Assembly: GCA_031972855.1 (NCBI GenBank)
Contig: DALYDY010000002.1
Span: 99,263 to 163,262, forward strand
Length of the DNA stretch: 64,000 nt
DNA from: Minisyncoccota bacterium
GTDB lineage: Bacteria > Patescibacteriota > Minisyncoccia > Phycocordibacterales > UBA9973
Direction of reading: 5' to 3'
Position 1 is the first letter of the stretch. Each line of letters opens with the position of its first letter. A program made the translations under genes and the position numbers. Of the stretch, positions 37,686 through 47,620 are shown piece by piece. A model generated the notes under the pieces. The model did not search any database. It had not been told where the DNA came from and worked only from the letters and a program-made list of their open reading frames with translations.

Positions 37686-38321
37686 TTATTCTGCTGGTGT
37701 TTCTTCTTCGTCTTTCTTACCTTTCTTTTCAACTTCGATTGAAGAAATATCCATTGGAGTTTCTTCTTCTTTTTCTTCTTGTTGTGGAGCTACAAGAGCA
37801 ACAACTTCTTCACCATCTGTTTCCATTGTTACATCCTTTGGAAGAATAATGTCAGATACGTGTATTTGGTCTTCAAGAGTAACTAGTTTTTCTATAGAAA
37901 CAACTATTTCCTGAGGAAGATTTTTTGGAAGAGCGCTAACCTCTACTTCATGAATAACTTTCACAAGTGATCCGAGGTTTTCTTTAACAGCTGGAGAAAC
38001 TCCTTCGAAAACAAGTTCTACTGAAACTGTTACAGGCTTACTTGCATCAATAGCAAGAAAATCTACGTGTAGTGGATATCCCTTTACTGCTTCGTATTGT
38101 ACTTCTTGTACAAGGGCGTCAATTTTCTTCCCTTCAAGTTCTACAACAATAGCACTTGATTCACCTGCTATTTTAAATAATTTTATAAAATCGCGACTAT
38201 TTATGGCGATTGGAGTATTCTCCACACTTGCGCCATAGATAACAGCTGGTATTAGTCCTTGGTTACGAACTTCTCCCATCTTGTCTGTCTTACTTCGTTT
38301 TGTTGCGGTTAATGTTTGCAT
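37686..38321 (-). CDS. rplY: 50S ribosomal protein L25 / general stress protein Ctc
   Basis: MQTLTATKRSK…GLIPAVIYG; acidic C-terminal tail; start taken at MQTL. Confidence 0.8.
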   Translation of the reverse strand: MQTLTATKRSKTDKMGEVRNQGLIPAVIYGASVENTPIAINSRDFIKLFKIAGESSAIVVELEGKKIDALVQEVQYEAVKGYPLHVDFLAIDASKPVTVSVELVFEGVSPAVKENLGSLVKVIHEVEVSALPKNLPQEIVVSIEKLVTLEDQIHVSDIILPKDVTMETDGEEVVALVAPQQEEKEEETPMDISSIEVEKKGKKDEEETPAE

Positions 38322-38364
38322 TCGGAAATAGTAACACAAAAATTATTTTTAAGCAATAAAAACC

Positions 38365-40050
38365 TTAAGAATTATGAGTTTTATCGTGTTTTTCGAGAAT
38401 TAGATGATTTGCAAGATATTCTTTCGTACCACCTTGTCCATCTAATAGTGCGACTTTCTTGCCTGGATTAAATATGTTAAGTGGATCAAAAAGTTTTTTT
38501 GTTTGAACAAAAAGACTATATATTTCTTTTCCGTACATTTGTTCAAGATAAGGAGTTCTTACAATCCCATCATTATGCTCAGCTGTAATAGTACCTTGAT
38601 ATGAAAGTACGAGATCATAAACCCTATCTGAAACTTCAAGAATAATATCTTTTGTATTTTTATCAGAGAAATCCATTAAAGGTATAATGTGGAAATTTCC
38701 ATTACCTGCATGTCCTGCAATTGTATAAATAAATTTATATTCATCCAAAATAGCTGTAATTTTTGGTAAAAATTCTGGTAAATATTCTGGTTTTACACAT
38801 ATATCATCAATAAAAGGTGCTGTGTGTTTTCCTTTTATATGTTTACGTAACATATTAAAACTCTCTCTACGAATACGCCAGTATTTCTCAGCTTGTTCTT
38901 TTGTTTTTACTAAACGCATTTTATATTGAAATGGCTCCACAGCTTTTATTAAATTATTTACTTTTTCATCTAATTCTAGAGAATCACTTCCCACACATTC
39001 AACAATCATAACAAGTTTTGGAAGTCCATGACGTAGTAACATTATTCCTTCAGGAATAAATGAAAGTCCTAGTTTTATAAAATTTGGAAAAGTCATTGAT
39101 TTCATAAAATCAGGGAAAAATCTTATAGCCAATTTCAAACTATAGTCATCATATGATTCAATACTTTCTGGTTTGAAAGGAAGTACAACATCTACAAGTT
39201 CTCCAAGTCTCTTTATGTCTGGTAAAAATAGAACAACAAGACGAGATTCTTTTGCTACAGGAATTAAACCAAAAGTTATTTGAGTTACAACACCAAGAGT
39301 TCCTTGTGATCCCACTATTAATTTACACAAATCAAATGTTTCTGTTTTTTCATCATATATATTCCACAAGTAGTACCCTGCAGAATTTTTGGAGACTTGA
39401 GGCTTTCCAGCTTTTATAAGAGAAGAGTTTTCTGTAATTATTTTGTAAAGCTCTTTATATATACCACCTTCCAAAGTTTGTTCTGTTATTTTTTGTAATA
39501 GTTCTTTTTTTGTAATAGGTTTTATTGTGTATTCATACCCATCACGAAAAACTACTTTCAATTCTTTTACCCAATTTTCAACTTTTCCATAAGAAATTGA
39601 CTTTTCACCCCCAGCATTATTCCCTACCATTCCACCAACAGCACATAATTCTTTTGATGCTGGATATGTTGGCATTATTAAACCCTTCTCTAGAGTAGCT
39701 TTTTCAAAATCACGATAAAAACATCCAGGTTCAACGACAGCATAATCATTTTCAACTGAAATAATTTTATTCATATACCGACTAGTATCTACAATGATTG
39801 ATTCATTTATAGATCCCCCTGACATACAAGTTCCAGCAGCACGCATTGTAAGCGAAAGTTTAGCCATTCCTGGTTTGTGTTCTTGAACAAAACGTACAAG
39901 AGCTTGAATGTCTTTTGAACTTTTTGGATAAACAACGATTTCTGGTCGGACTTCAAAAATACTGGCATCATGAGAGTATTTAGTAAGTGTTTCATTACTT
40001 ACATCAACATCCCCTTCTATTATATTTTTTATTTTTTCAATAATTTCCAT
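38365..40050 (-). CDS. FAD-linked oxidase (PCMH-type FAD-binding domain; GlcD / D-lactate dehydrogenase-like)
   Basis: FAD-binding region (…AAGTCMSGGS…) and C-terminal FAD-oxidase_C-like region. Confidence 0.65.
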   Translation of the reverse strand: MEIIEKIKNIIEGDVDVSNETLTKYSHDASIFEVRPEIVVYPKSSKDIQALVRFVQEHKPGMAKLSLTMRAAGTCMSGGSINESIIVDTSRYMNKIISVENDYAVVEPGCFYRDFEKATLEKGLIMPTYPASKELCAVGGMVGNNAGGEKSISYGKVENWVKELKVVFRDGYEYTIKPITKKELLQKITEQTLEGGIYKELYKIITENSSLIKAGKPQVSKNSAGYYLWNIYDEKTETFDLCKLIVGSQGTLGVVTQITFGLIPVAKESRLVVLFLPDIKRLGELVDVVLPFKPESIESYDDYSLKLAIRFFPDFMKSMTFPNFIKLGLSFIPEGIMLLRHGLPKLVMIVECVGSDSLELDEKVNNLIKAVEPFQYKMRLVKTKEQAEKYWRIRRESFNMLRKHIKGKHTAPFIDDICVKPEYLPEFLPKITAILDEYKFIYTIAGHAGNGNFHIIPLMDFSDKNTKDIILEVSDRVYDLVLSYQGTITAEHNDGIVRTPYLEQMYGKEIYSLFVQTKKLFDPLNIFNPGKKVALLDGQGGTKEYLANHLILEKHDKTHNS

Positions 40051-40159
40051 ATATACATCATACTAAATTATGCTTTGTTAATATAGTCTTGTTTGGTGGG
40101 AATTGTTATTGTAGATAAGTAAATAAAAAGACCCTAAATAATTTTAGAGTCTTTTTATT

Positions 40160-41029
40160 TTAATCAACATTATTAAATAATTTTAATTTCTCAGTCACTT
40201 TTTCTTCTACAGCTTCAACTGTTGGTTTGAGAATTTTATATGGAGCAACTTCTTCAGGGTGTTCTTCCAAACTTTTTTCTAAAGCTTCTTTGTATGCGAC
40301 ACGAATCTCTGTATTTATATGAACGACCGCCATACCAGCTTTGATTGCTTCAGCAAAATCTGCTTCATTTCCTGAGCCTCCGTGGAGAACAAGTGGAATT
40401 CCAACAGTCTCACTTATCTCTTTTATTCTTTCAATATTCAATCTTGGATCAACTCCTCCCTTGAACATTCCATGAATATTCCCTACGGCTGGAGCGAGCA
40501 TATCTACACCTGTTTCTTCAACAAATCTTTTTGCATCTTCAGCTGTAGTAAGACTATCCAAGAGAACTCCTTCTGGTACTCCATCAAGAATCTTTGAAGA
40601 TTGACCAATATACCCGAGCTCTCCTTCTACAACAACATCGCGACCACAATTACGTGCATATTCAACACACTTCTTCGCAAGAGAAATATTTTCTTCAAAC
40701 GGAAGTGCAGCACCATCAACAATAACAGAATCAAAACCTCTATCAATACAAGCTTTAACACTTTCAAATGTATAGTGATGATCAGCATTTAGAAATACAG
40801 GCTTTCCTTGTTCTCTTATTGCATGCACTAGAGCAAACACTTCATCACGTCCTACAAACATCTCTTCTCCTTCTGAAACTCCAATAATCACAGGTAAATC
40901 AAGCTTCGTTGCAGCACCAACTATCCCATGGAAAGCTTCGAGATTTGAAATATTGAAATGCCCCACAGCTCTTCCTTGTATTCTTGCTTCGTTTATATAT
41001 TCTCTAAGTGTTTTTATATTTTGTTCCAT
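40160..41029 (-). CDS. fba: class II fructose-bisphosphate aldolase
   Basis: Zn-binding His motifs (ADHHYTF…, VLHGGSG). Confidence 0.85.
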   Translation of the reverse strand: MEQNIKTLREYINEARIQGRAVGHFNISNLEAFHGIVGAATKLDLPVIIGVSEGEEMFVGRDEVFALVHAIREQGKPVFLNADHHYTFESVKACIDRGFDSVIVDGAALPFEENISLAKKCVEYARNCGRDVVVEGELGYIGQSSKILDGVPEGVLLDSLTTAEDAKRFVEETGVDMLAPAVGNIHGMFKGGVDPRLNIERIKEISETVGIPLVLHGGSGNEADFAEAIKAGMAVVHINTEIRVAYKEALEKSLEEHPEEVAPYKILKPTVEAVEEKVTEKLKLFNNVD

Positions 41030-41033
41030 ATAA

Positions 41034-41678
41034 TTATAGTAAATTAGAATTTTGTTTTTTTCTAAAAATATTCAAAATTTTCCAAGTATAAGTTGTACTT
41101 CTTGTTGATAAATTAAATAAAATCGCTAAAGTAAACAAAGCTAAAGCAAGTTGTGTATTATAAAAACAAACAACAATAGCTAAAATAGCAGCAAATACTG
41201 GAAAAAGAACTCTAGTATAAGCGTGTTCATTTTCTACTTGAGTTACAGAAGTGTTTTCTATAGTAGAAGAATTTATAACATACTTTCTCATCCAAAATAG
41301 AGACATTCCTATACAGATAACATTTATAGCAAAAAGTATTATTGATGTTTGTGTATAACTATATTTACCCAAAGTTGCAGCAGAAAAAGGTATTAAGCAA
41401 ACAAATATAAAAAATAAAGCATTAAGATTACTAAAACGAATGTCTATATTTTTTGCAAGAACTGAAGCAATATAATGATGACTTCTCCAATAAGTAAAGA
41501 GAAGTAAAAAAGAAAGAAGATAACTCAAAAACAATGGGTACATACTCAACAAAGAGTCTAACAAAATATTATTTGATACACGACCAAAAAAATCTGGCAA
41601 ATGTATTTCAAAAACCAAAATAGTCATAACTATAGCAAAAATTCCATCAGAAAGTGCGTCTAACCTTGATTGTTTCAT
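41034..41678 (-). CDS. DUF1211 / TMEM175-family membrane protein (putative K+ channel)
   Basis: RLDALSDGIFAIVMTILVFEI signature helix. Confidence 0.7.
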   Translation of the reverse strand: MKQSRLDALSDGIFAIVMTILVFEIHLPDFFGRVSNNILLDSLLSMYPLFLSYLLSFLLLFTYWRSHHYIASVLAKNIDIRFSNLNALFFIFVCLIPFSAATLGKYSYTQTSIILFAINVICIGMSLFWMRKYVINSSTIENTSVTQVENEHAYTRVLFPVFAAILAIVVCFYNTQLALALFTLAILFNLSTRSTTYTWKILNIFRKKQNSNLL

Positions 41679-41739
41679 ATAAGTAAATTATATCATGTGT
41701 TACAATAGTAAGTATAATAAAAGATAAAATTAGAACATT

Positions 41740-42750
41740 ATGAATTTATTTAGTAAACAATATGATTTTTTAGCAATTGGAGATACTGTTATTGATGCAT
41801 TCATCAAACTAACAGATGCTGACCATGCTGACGTACGTGGAAGCGCTGGACACGAAGACTACAAAATATGTCTTCCTTTTGCTGACAAAATTCCTTATGA
41901 AGAAGTACATGTATTGAATGCTGTTGGAAATGCTGCAAACGCTGCTGTATCTGCTGCACGTCTTGGGCTCAAAACAGCTTTGGTTACAAATCTAGGAGAT
42001 GATAGTTATGGAGAAGATTGTATTGATAAATTAAAAAGTGAAAATATTTCTACAAAATTTGTAAAAATAAATAGAAAACAAAAAACAAATTATCACTATG
42101 TTCTTTGGTATAAAACAGAAAGAACAATATTGATAAAACATGAAAAGTATCAATATGAATTACCAAATATAGGAAAACCAAAATGGGTATACTTTAGTTC
42201 TGTAAGTAATACGGCATTTCCTTTTCATAATGTTGTCGCGGAATATCTAGAAAATAATCCTGAAGTAAAGCTCGCTTTTCAGCCAGGTAAAAATGAAATT
42301 AATCTTGGAAAAGAAAAACTAGCAAGACTATATGCTCGCACTGAAGTATTCTTTTGTAATATTGAAGAAGCTCGTACTATACTAGACATGCAAGATGCTG
42401 AAGTATTAAAACTTGCACAAGAACTCTCAAAACTCGGACCAAAAATTGTTGTTATTAGTGATGGTCCAAATGGCGCATATGCGTACAAAGAAAACGAACT
42501 CTGGCAAATACCTATATATCCAGACAAACAAGCTCCAGTAGAGAGAACAGGTGCAGGAGACGCTTTTGCTTCAACTGTAACTTGTGCACTTGCTCTGGGT
42601 AAGACACTCGAGGAAGCACTCATCTGGGGGCCTATAAACTCAGCATCAGTAGTGCAATATGTAGGAGCACAGGAAGGATTACTCAAAAAAGATCAATTAG
42701 AAAAAGAATTAAAAAATTTACCGGAAGGATACAAATTAACTAAAATATAA
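41740..42750 (+). CDS. PfkB-family carbohydrate kinase
   Basis: C-terminal TGAGDAFASTV motif; N-terminal GG-like region. Confidence 0.75.
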   Translation: MNLFSKQYDFLAIGDTVIDAFIKLTDADHADVRGSAGHEDYKICLPFADKIPYEEVHVLNAVGNAANAAVSAARLGLKTALVTNLGDDSYGEDCIDKLKSENISTKFVKINRKQKTNYHYVLWYKTERTILIKHEKYQYELPNIGKPKWVYFSSVSNTAFPFHNVVAEYLENNPEVKLAFQPGKNEINLGKEKLARLYARTEVFFCNIEEARTILDMQDAEVLKLAQELSKLGPKIVVISDGPNGAYAYKENELWQIPIYPDKQAPVERTGAGDAFASTVTCALALGKTLEEALIWGPINSASVVQYVGAQEGLLKKDQLEKELKNLPEGYKLTKI

Positions 42751-42753
42751 TTT

Positions 42754-42981
42754 ATGGAATTTAAAGAAAAACCATATCAACAAAGTGTAGACAATGTTCA
42801 ACAGGAAGCTGAGCCAACAGAATTACAAGTATTAGAATTGCAACATAAAGAAATTATGGCTAAGTTAATGGAGATTGAATCAGCTAAAAGTCCTGGAGAA
42901 CTTTTTGAAGATTTTGAATATATGAATTTAGCAAAAAAAGAAGAATTAATTAGAAAAAATATTGATGCATTAAAATATTAA
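42754..42981 (+). CDS. hypothetical small protein
   Basis: 75-aa ORF 3 nt after the kinase; bidirectional terminator at 42985-43018. Confidence 0.35.
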   Translation: MEFKEKPYQQSVDNVQQEAEPTELQVLELQHKEIMAKLMEIESAKSPGELFEDFEYMNLAKKEELIRKNIDALKY

Positions 42982-43016
42982 ACAAAGGTGCGAGATATAT
43001 ATCTCGCACCTTTGTT

Positions 43017-44060
43017 TTATCTCTTCCTTTCTATTACTGTCTTCACTGCTGACATTATGTGAGACACTCCCAGTCCATAATGTTCTATAAGCTGGTCTGG
43101 AGTTCCTGATTGTCCAAATTGATCTCGCACTCCAACAAATTCTACAGGTACAGGTACATACTGTGCGAGACATTCAGATACTGCACTTCCCATACCTCCC
43201 GCTATTTGATGTTCTTCTACAGTCACAATTGCACCAGATTCTTTTGCAAGAGTAATAATACTTTCTTCATCTAGAGGTTTGATTGTTGCAAGATTTGTAA
43301 CACTTACAGAGATTCCGTTTTCTTCCAATTTTTTTGCCGCCATAAGTGCTTTATGCAAAAGTGCACCAGTTGAAATAATAGCAACTTCTGGATTTTCTCC
43401 CTTCCAAAGAGTTTGAGATTGTCCTAGTTCAAAAGGAGTCTCGAGTGTTGTCATAATTGGGGTCTTTTCACGAGCAAGTCTGATATATGCTGGTTTACCA
43501 ATTTTCAAAAGAGCTTGTATAGCCTTCTTTGCTTCAATAGAATCACAAGGAGAAACTACAATCATGTTTGGAATAACACGTGTAATAGCAATATCCTCGA
43601 TTGCTTGATGTGTGCCTCCGTCTGGGCCTACAGATATTCCAGCATGAGAACCTGCAATAATCACAGGGCGATCATTGTAGCAGATTGTAGTGCGAATTTG
43701 TTCCCAATTACGTCCAGGAGAAAACATCGCATAAGAAGAAATTACTGGAAGCTTACCAATAGAAGCCATTCCTGAAGCAACAGATGCGAGATTTTGTTCT
43801 GCAATTCCAATCTCCACAAATCTATCAGGGAATGCTTCAGCAAATAAATTCATCTTTGTAGACTCTGTAAGGTCAGCACAAAGAGCAACAATATCTTTGT
43901 TGTGTTTTCCCTCTTCTAGAAGTCCTTCACCAAATCCTTGACGGATAGGAATCTGTTCGACATCTTGGTCAAACATTTTTTCATTTAATTTTAGATTTTT
44001 GTTTAACATATTATTCTTCAATAAGTTCAAATCTTTTAATTTGTTTTCCGTCTCGCTCAA
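43017..44060 (-). CDS. transketolase, C-terminal subunit
   Basis: Pyrimidine-binding and C-terminal domains (…GGTHQAIEDIAITR…). Confidence 0.85.
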   Translation of the reverse strand: MSETENKLKDLNLLKNNMLNKNLKLNEKMFDQDVEQIPIRQGFGEGLLEEGKHNKDIVALCADLTESTKMNLFAEAFPDRFVEIGIAEQNLASVASGMASIGKLPVISSYAMFSPGRNWEQIRTTICYNDRPVIIAGSHAGISVGPDGGTHQAIEDIAITRVIPNMIVVSPCDSIEAKKAIQALLKIGKPAYIRLAREKTPIMTTLETPFELGQSQTLWKGENPEVAIISTGALLHKALMAAKKLEENGISVSVTNLATIKPLDEESIITLAKESGAIVTVEEHQIAGGMGSAVSECLAQYVPVPVEFVGVRDQFGQSGTPDQLIEHYGLGVSHIMSAVKTVIERKR

Positions 44061-44238
44061 TTATCTCTAAAAACATCTTCACTGGTCTAACCCAAATATT
44101 TGCTCGCGCATCTGTTCCAAGATGATCATATACAACCATATCTTCTTCTGTTTCAGAATCCTTTGCAATACAAATAATCTTCATAGTATCTCCTTTGAAA
44201 TGTTTATATAATTGTCCTGGTTTTATATTATGTTCCAT
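44011..44238 (-). CDS. DUF1653-like small protein
   Basis: PGQLYKHFKGDTMKIICIAKDSETEEDMVVYDHLG pattern; overlaps the adjacent ORF end. Confidence 0.5.
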   Translation of the reverse strand: MEHNIKPGQLYKHFKGDTMKIICIAKDSETEEDMVVYDHLGTDARANIWVRPVKMFLEIIERDGKQIKRFELIEE

Positions 44239-44242
44239 ATAA

Positions 44243-45100
44243 TTAATGATGTTCTGCTTTAATTTTACCTCCTAAAGTATGAAGTTCTTCTAGAGCCTTT
44301 TTTGCTTCATCTTTGTTTGGAGCTTTGCCGTGCCAGTGATAATCATATTCAAATTCTGGAACACCTTTTCCTGGAATAGTACGACAAATTATTACAGAAG
44401 GTTGTTCTGGTACCGCGTGAGCCTTCCCAACGGCGTCATTTATCATTTCAAAATTATGTCCATCTATTTCTTGAACGTGCCAATTAAATGCAGTCCATTT
44501 TGCAGTGAGACTATTGAGCGGCATTATATCTTCTGTATTTCCATCAATCTGGATATTGTTGCGGTCAACAAAAACGACAAGCTTACCGAACCTTTCTTTA
44601 CCTGCGAGCATTATAGCCTCCCAATTCTGCCCTTCATTGAGTTCGCCATCACCAAGAAAACAGTAAGTAAAATTCTTCTTATTATTCATACGAAGAGCTA
44701 TAGACATTCCTACGGCCTGAGAGAGTCCTTCACCAAGAGGACCAGAGCTTGTTTCAAGCCATGGCATAAATTCACGATGAGGATGACCTTGCAGACGACT
44801 ACCGAATTTGCGAAGAGTGTTCAATTCTGAAACAGGCATATATCCCGCATGAGCCATTGTTGCGTACAATACAGGACAAATATGACCATTAGAAAGCACC
44901 ACTCTATCACGTTCTTCCCATTCTATGTTTTTTGGATCATGTTTTAATATATGAAAATATAGAATTGTAAAAACATCAGTCATACCAAGAGGTCCTGCCG
45001 TGTGTCCACTTCCTGCAGACAAAAGCATTTCTACAATTGATTCGCGAATATTGTTTGCGATTTCTCTTAATCCCAGAATTTTTTCATCATTGAGTTCCAT
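44243..45100 (-). CDS. transketolase, N-terminal (TPP-binding) subunit
   Basis: GSGHTAGPLGMTD…; GDGELNEGQNWEA TPP motif. Confidence 0.85.
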   Translation of the reverse strand: MELNDEKILGLREIANNIRESIVEMLLSAGSGHTAGPLGMTDVFTILYFHILKHDPKNIEWEERDRVVLSNGHICPVLYATMAHAGYMPVSELNTLRKFGSRLQGHPHREFMPWLETSSGPLGEGLSQAVGMSIALRMNNKKNFTYCFLGDGELNEGQNWEAIMLAGKERFGKLVVFVDRNNIQIDGNTEDIMPLNSLTAKWTAFNWHVQEIDGHNFEMINDAVGKAHAVPEQPSVIICRTIPGKGVPEFEYDYHWHGKAPNKDEAKKALEELHTLGGKIKAEHH

Positions 45101-45107
45101 AATGAAA

Positions 45108-45791
45108 TTATATCATGTCAATAAAATTTTGAGCTGTGTATCCTGGACTTTCTGTATTAAAAATAGCAGACCCAATCACAAATCTATCTACACCAACATC
45201 ATTTAACTCTCCTATAGTATTTTCATTAACGGCACCATCAACACTTACAATCATTTCTGGATATTTATTTTTTATTTCTTTTACTTGTTCCAAAACTTTT
45301 TTATCAAAAGGATTACCTTGAACACCTATTTCATCAATACCCATACATTGAATAAAATCAATTTCTTCAATAAGATTTTCTATTTCAGAAATATTTGTTT
45401 CAGGTAGTATTGCAAGTCCAATCTCACATTGTTCTTTTATATAAGGATCAAGATTCTCAAAAAAATCTTTTGGATTGTCTAAACTTTTCAAATGAAAGAC
45501 TATTCTTTTTGGACCAAATCGTATAATAGTCTCGAGTTCTTTTGTAGGGTTTTTGACCATACAGTCAATCTCCAAATCAAGAGTTTCCCAAAAAGGCATT
45601 CCCTCTTCTTCAGAAAAAATAATTTCCAAAGAATTTTCATCTTTAGGGTGATATGGCCAAGTCTTTGTATGAACATAAATACCATCACAAAGATCTATTT
45701 GAACAGTTGAAACAAAGCCATCAACAAGTGACATCTTTTCTTTCAAATCATAAAAATTGCGTGGCATTATTGCAGGAATTATTTCTTTCAT
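45108..45791 (-). CDS. rpe: ribulose-phosphate 3-epimerase-like TIM-barrel protein
   Basis: IDLCDG…H and C-terminal VDGAVNENT…FVIGSAIF resemble Rpe; lies between the transketolase subunits and rpiB. Confidence 0.55.
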   Translation of the reverse strand: MKEIIPAIMPRNFYDLKEKMSLVDGFVSTVQIDLCDGIYVHTKTWPYHPKDENSLEIIFSEEEGMPFWETLDLEIDCMVKNPTKELETIIRFGPKRIVFHLKSLDNPKDFFENLDPYIKEQCEIGLAILPETNISEIENLIEEIDFIQCMGIDEIGVQGNPFDKKVLEQVKEIKNKYPEMIVSVDGAVNENTIGELNDVGVDRFVIGSAIFNTESPGYTAQNFIDMI

Positions 45792-45792
45792 A

Positions 45793-46230
45793 TTATTCTA
45801 TCTCTTCTATTCTTCTTTTATGTCTTTCTTCTCCAGAGAATGGAGTTTCTAAAAATATTTGAACCGCTTCTTTTGCTTCACTTTCAGTAATAAAACGTGC
45901 TCCTAAAGATAGTATATTTGCATTATTGTGTTCACGTGCGAGTTTTGGGATATCGAGACTTCCACCATAATATTCTGCACAACGGACACCGTCAATATGA
46001 TTCACAACCATAGCTTCACCTTCACCAGAACCTCCAATGATTATTCCTAATGCATCAGACTCATGAGAAACAAGCGACCCAACAGGACGCACGAGTGATG
46101 GATAATCATCATCTTCATTATATGTTGTAGGACCAAGATCAGATACCAAATATCCAAGAGATGAAATAAACGGGACTAGTATTTCTTTCAGAGAAAATCC
46201 AGCATGGTCTGAAGCGATATATACCTTCAT
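45793..46230 (-). CDS. rpiB: ribose-5-phosphate isomerase B
   Basis: MKVYIASDHAGFSLKE…; start taken at MKVYIAS. Confidence 0.85.
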   Translation of the reverse strand: MKVYIASDHAGFSLKEILVPFISSLGYLVSDLGPTTYNEDDDYPSLVRPVGSLVSHESDALGIIIGGSGEGEAMVVNHIDGVRCAEYYGGSLDIPKLAREHNNANILSLGARFITESEAKEAVQIFLETPFSGEERHKRRIEEIE

Positions 46231-46288
46231 ATAAATACAGTATAGACCAGAACTAGGTTCTAGGGAATAGGTTATAGTTGATAGTAAA

Positions 46289-47011
46289 CTACAAACCAAG
46301 CTCCAATAAAATTACTTTCCTTTTTCCAAACTTAAAAGATTTAATTTTTGAATAACCTTCATAAGAAATTTCTTGCTTTTTATTTACAACAATCGCAATT
46401 ATTGCATTTTTACTAAGAACTCCTTTTATTTTATCTAATGTTACCTGTATAGGGTTTATTCCTTCTTGTAAGTCGACCCAGTCGGTCAATTTTCCATAAG
46501 GAGCATCCGCAATAACTATATCTACATTATTTAATAATTTCGGAAAGTTTTCCTCGCTTAATATATTAAATTCAAATATTTTTGTCTGGACAGAAAATTT
46601 TTGAGACTTCGCTTGTAAACACTCTGCACTTTTTAAGGCTTCTTTATGAGAAGCTTTTTTATATTCCTCTATGAACTTTTTAAGCTCATTAACACGAACA
46701 ATCATTCCTTGAATACTTAGAAGGGATAAATTCTTGTTTGCAAATTCTAAGATAGTCTTATCAATATCAGAAGCAATAATTTCTTTTATATTATGACCAT
46801 ATAAAAAACCAAGGACGGTCATAGAATATCCAGCACCGCAAAATGGATCATATACAACATAAGGGCCAGGATTTCCTTTATTAGTTAAATATTCAGAGCA
46901 TATCTCAAATATCTGTCTTGATAAACTAACAGAGAAATTTGTCGCTCCCGGAGCACCATATAGAACTCGCCCGCTTGAGTAATCTTCGTAGTTTTCTTTA
47001 ATATTATTCAT
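46289..47011 (-). CDS. SAM-dependent methyltransferase with FxGxG and D-A-P-Y motifs (N6-adenine/N2-guanine MTase-like; DNA or RNA target unknown)
   Basis: YDPFCGAGYS (motif I) and VIADAPYG (motif IV variant). Confidence 0.55.
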   Translation of the reverse strand: MNNIKENYEDYSSGRVLYGAPGATNFSVSLSRQIFEICSEYLTNKGNPGPYVVYDPFCGAGYSMTVLGFLYGHNIKEIIASDIDKTILEFANKNLSLLSIQGMIVRVNELKKFIEEYKKASHKEALKSAECLQAKSQKFSVQTKIFEFNILSEENFPKLLNNVDIVIADAPYGKLTDWVDLQEGINPIQVTLDKIKGVLSKNAIIAIVVNKKQEISYEGYSKIKSFKFGKRKVILLELGL

Positions 47012-47531
47012 TGAGCAACTTAAAAAGCATATCCTTACTTTCTTCTTTTGTTAAATTCGTATTGTCCAGAATTTTGTAATTTCTAGATAAGGTTTCAGTT
47101 CTTAAATATTTTGCCCAGTTCATCATTTGATCGTTTGCAAGTTCTGGTTGTCCTCTATCTATTAATCTTTGTTTTCGGATTTCGTCAGTACAATCAAATA
47201 AGATTACTTCATATGAATCTATATTATTTTTCTTGCAAGCTTCTTCAATAAACGAAGGTCTTGTTTGTCCGTCTAAAATAGCCGGCTTTCTGTCTAAAGA
47301 CTCTTCTTTCATTTTTTTGGTCCAAGAGTTTGTATTTATTTTCTGCCAATTGTCTCCACTGCCAAATCTCTCTATCATTTCTTCTGGTGAAGGAACTCCA
47401 ATACTATCAAAGTAACAATATTCAAAAGCCTCAGGATGAGTTTCCTGGATGTTTTTCAAAGCTGTAGTTTTACCTGCACCAGAAGCCCCAATAATAAAAT
47501 ATATCTTATTCACTACCTTATTATACCACAA
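47004..47531 (-). CDS. P-loop NTPase / small-molecule kinase-like protein
   Basis: Walker A IIGASGAGKTT; overlaps the downstream MTase by 8 nt; terminator at 47536-47570. Confidence 0.5.
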   Translation of the reverse strand: MWYNKVVNKIYFIIGASGAGKTTALKNIQETHPEAFEYCYFDSIGVPSPEEMIERFGSGDNWQKINTNSWTKKMKEESLDRKPAILDGQTRPSFIEEACKKNNIDSYEVILFDCTDEIRKQRLIDRGQPELANDQMMNWAKYLRTETLSRNYKILDNTNLTKEESKDMLFKLLNE

Positions 47532-47620
47532 AAAAAAACGGGACCCTTTCGGGTCCCGCTCTTGTATATTGTGTTAGTCTATACTCTATCTACTAATTAC
47601 TATTTGCTAGTTTTTAATAA

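Noticed and set aside
44011-44238. Doubt whether the 75-aa ORF between the transketolase subunits is real
   Set aside because: It is kept as a low-confidence DUF1653-like call because it has a plausible start and a recognisable motif. It overlaps the transketolase C-terminal subunit ORF as tracked (43017..44060), so it could alternatively be an N-terminal extension artefact of that ORF.
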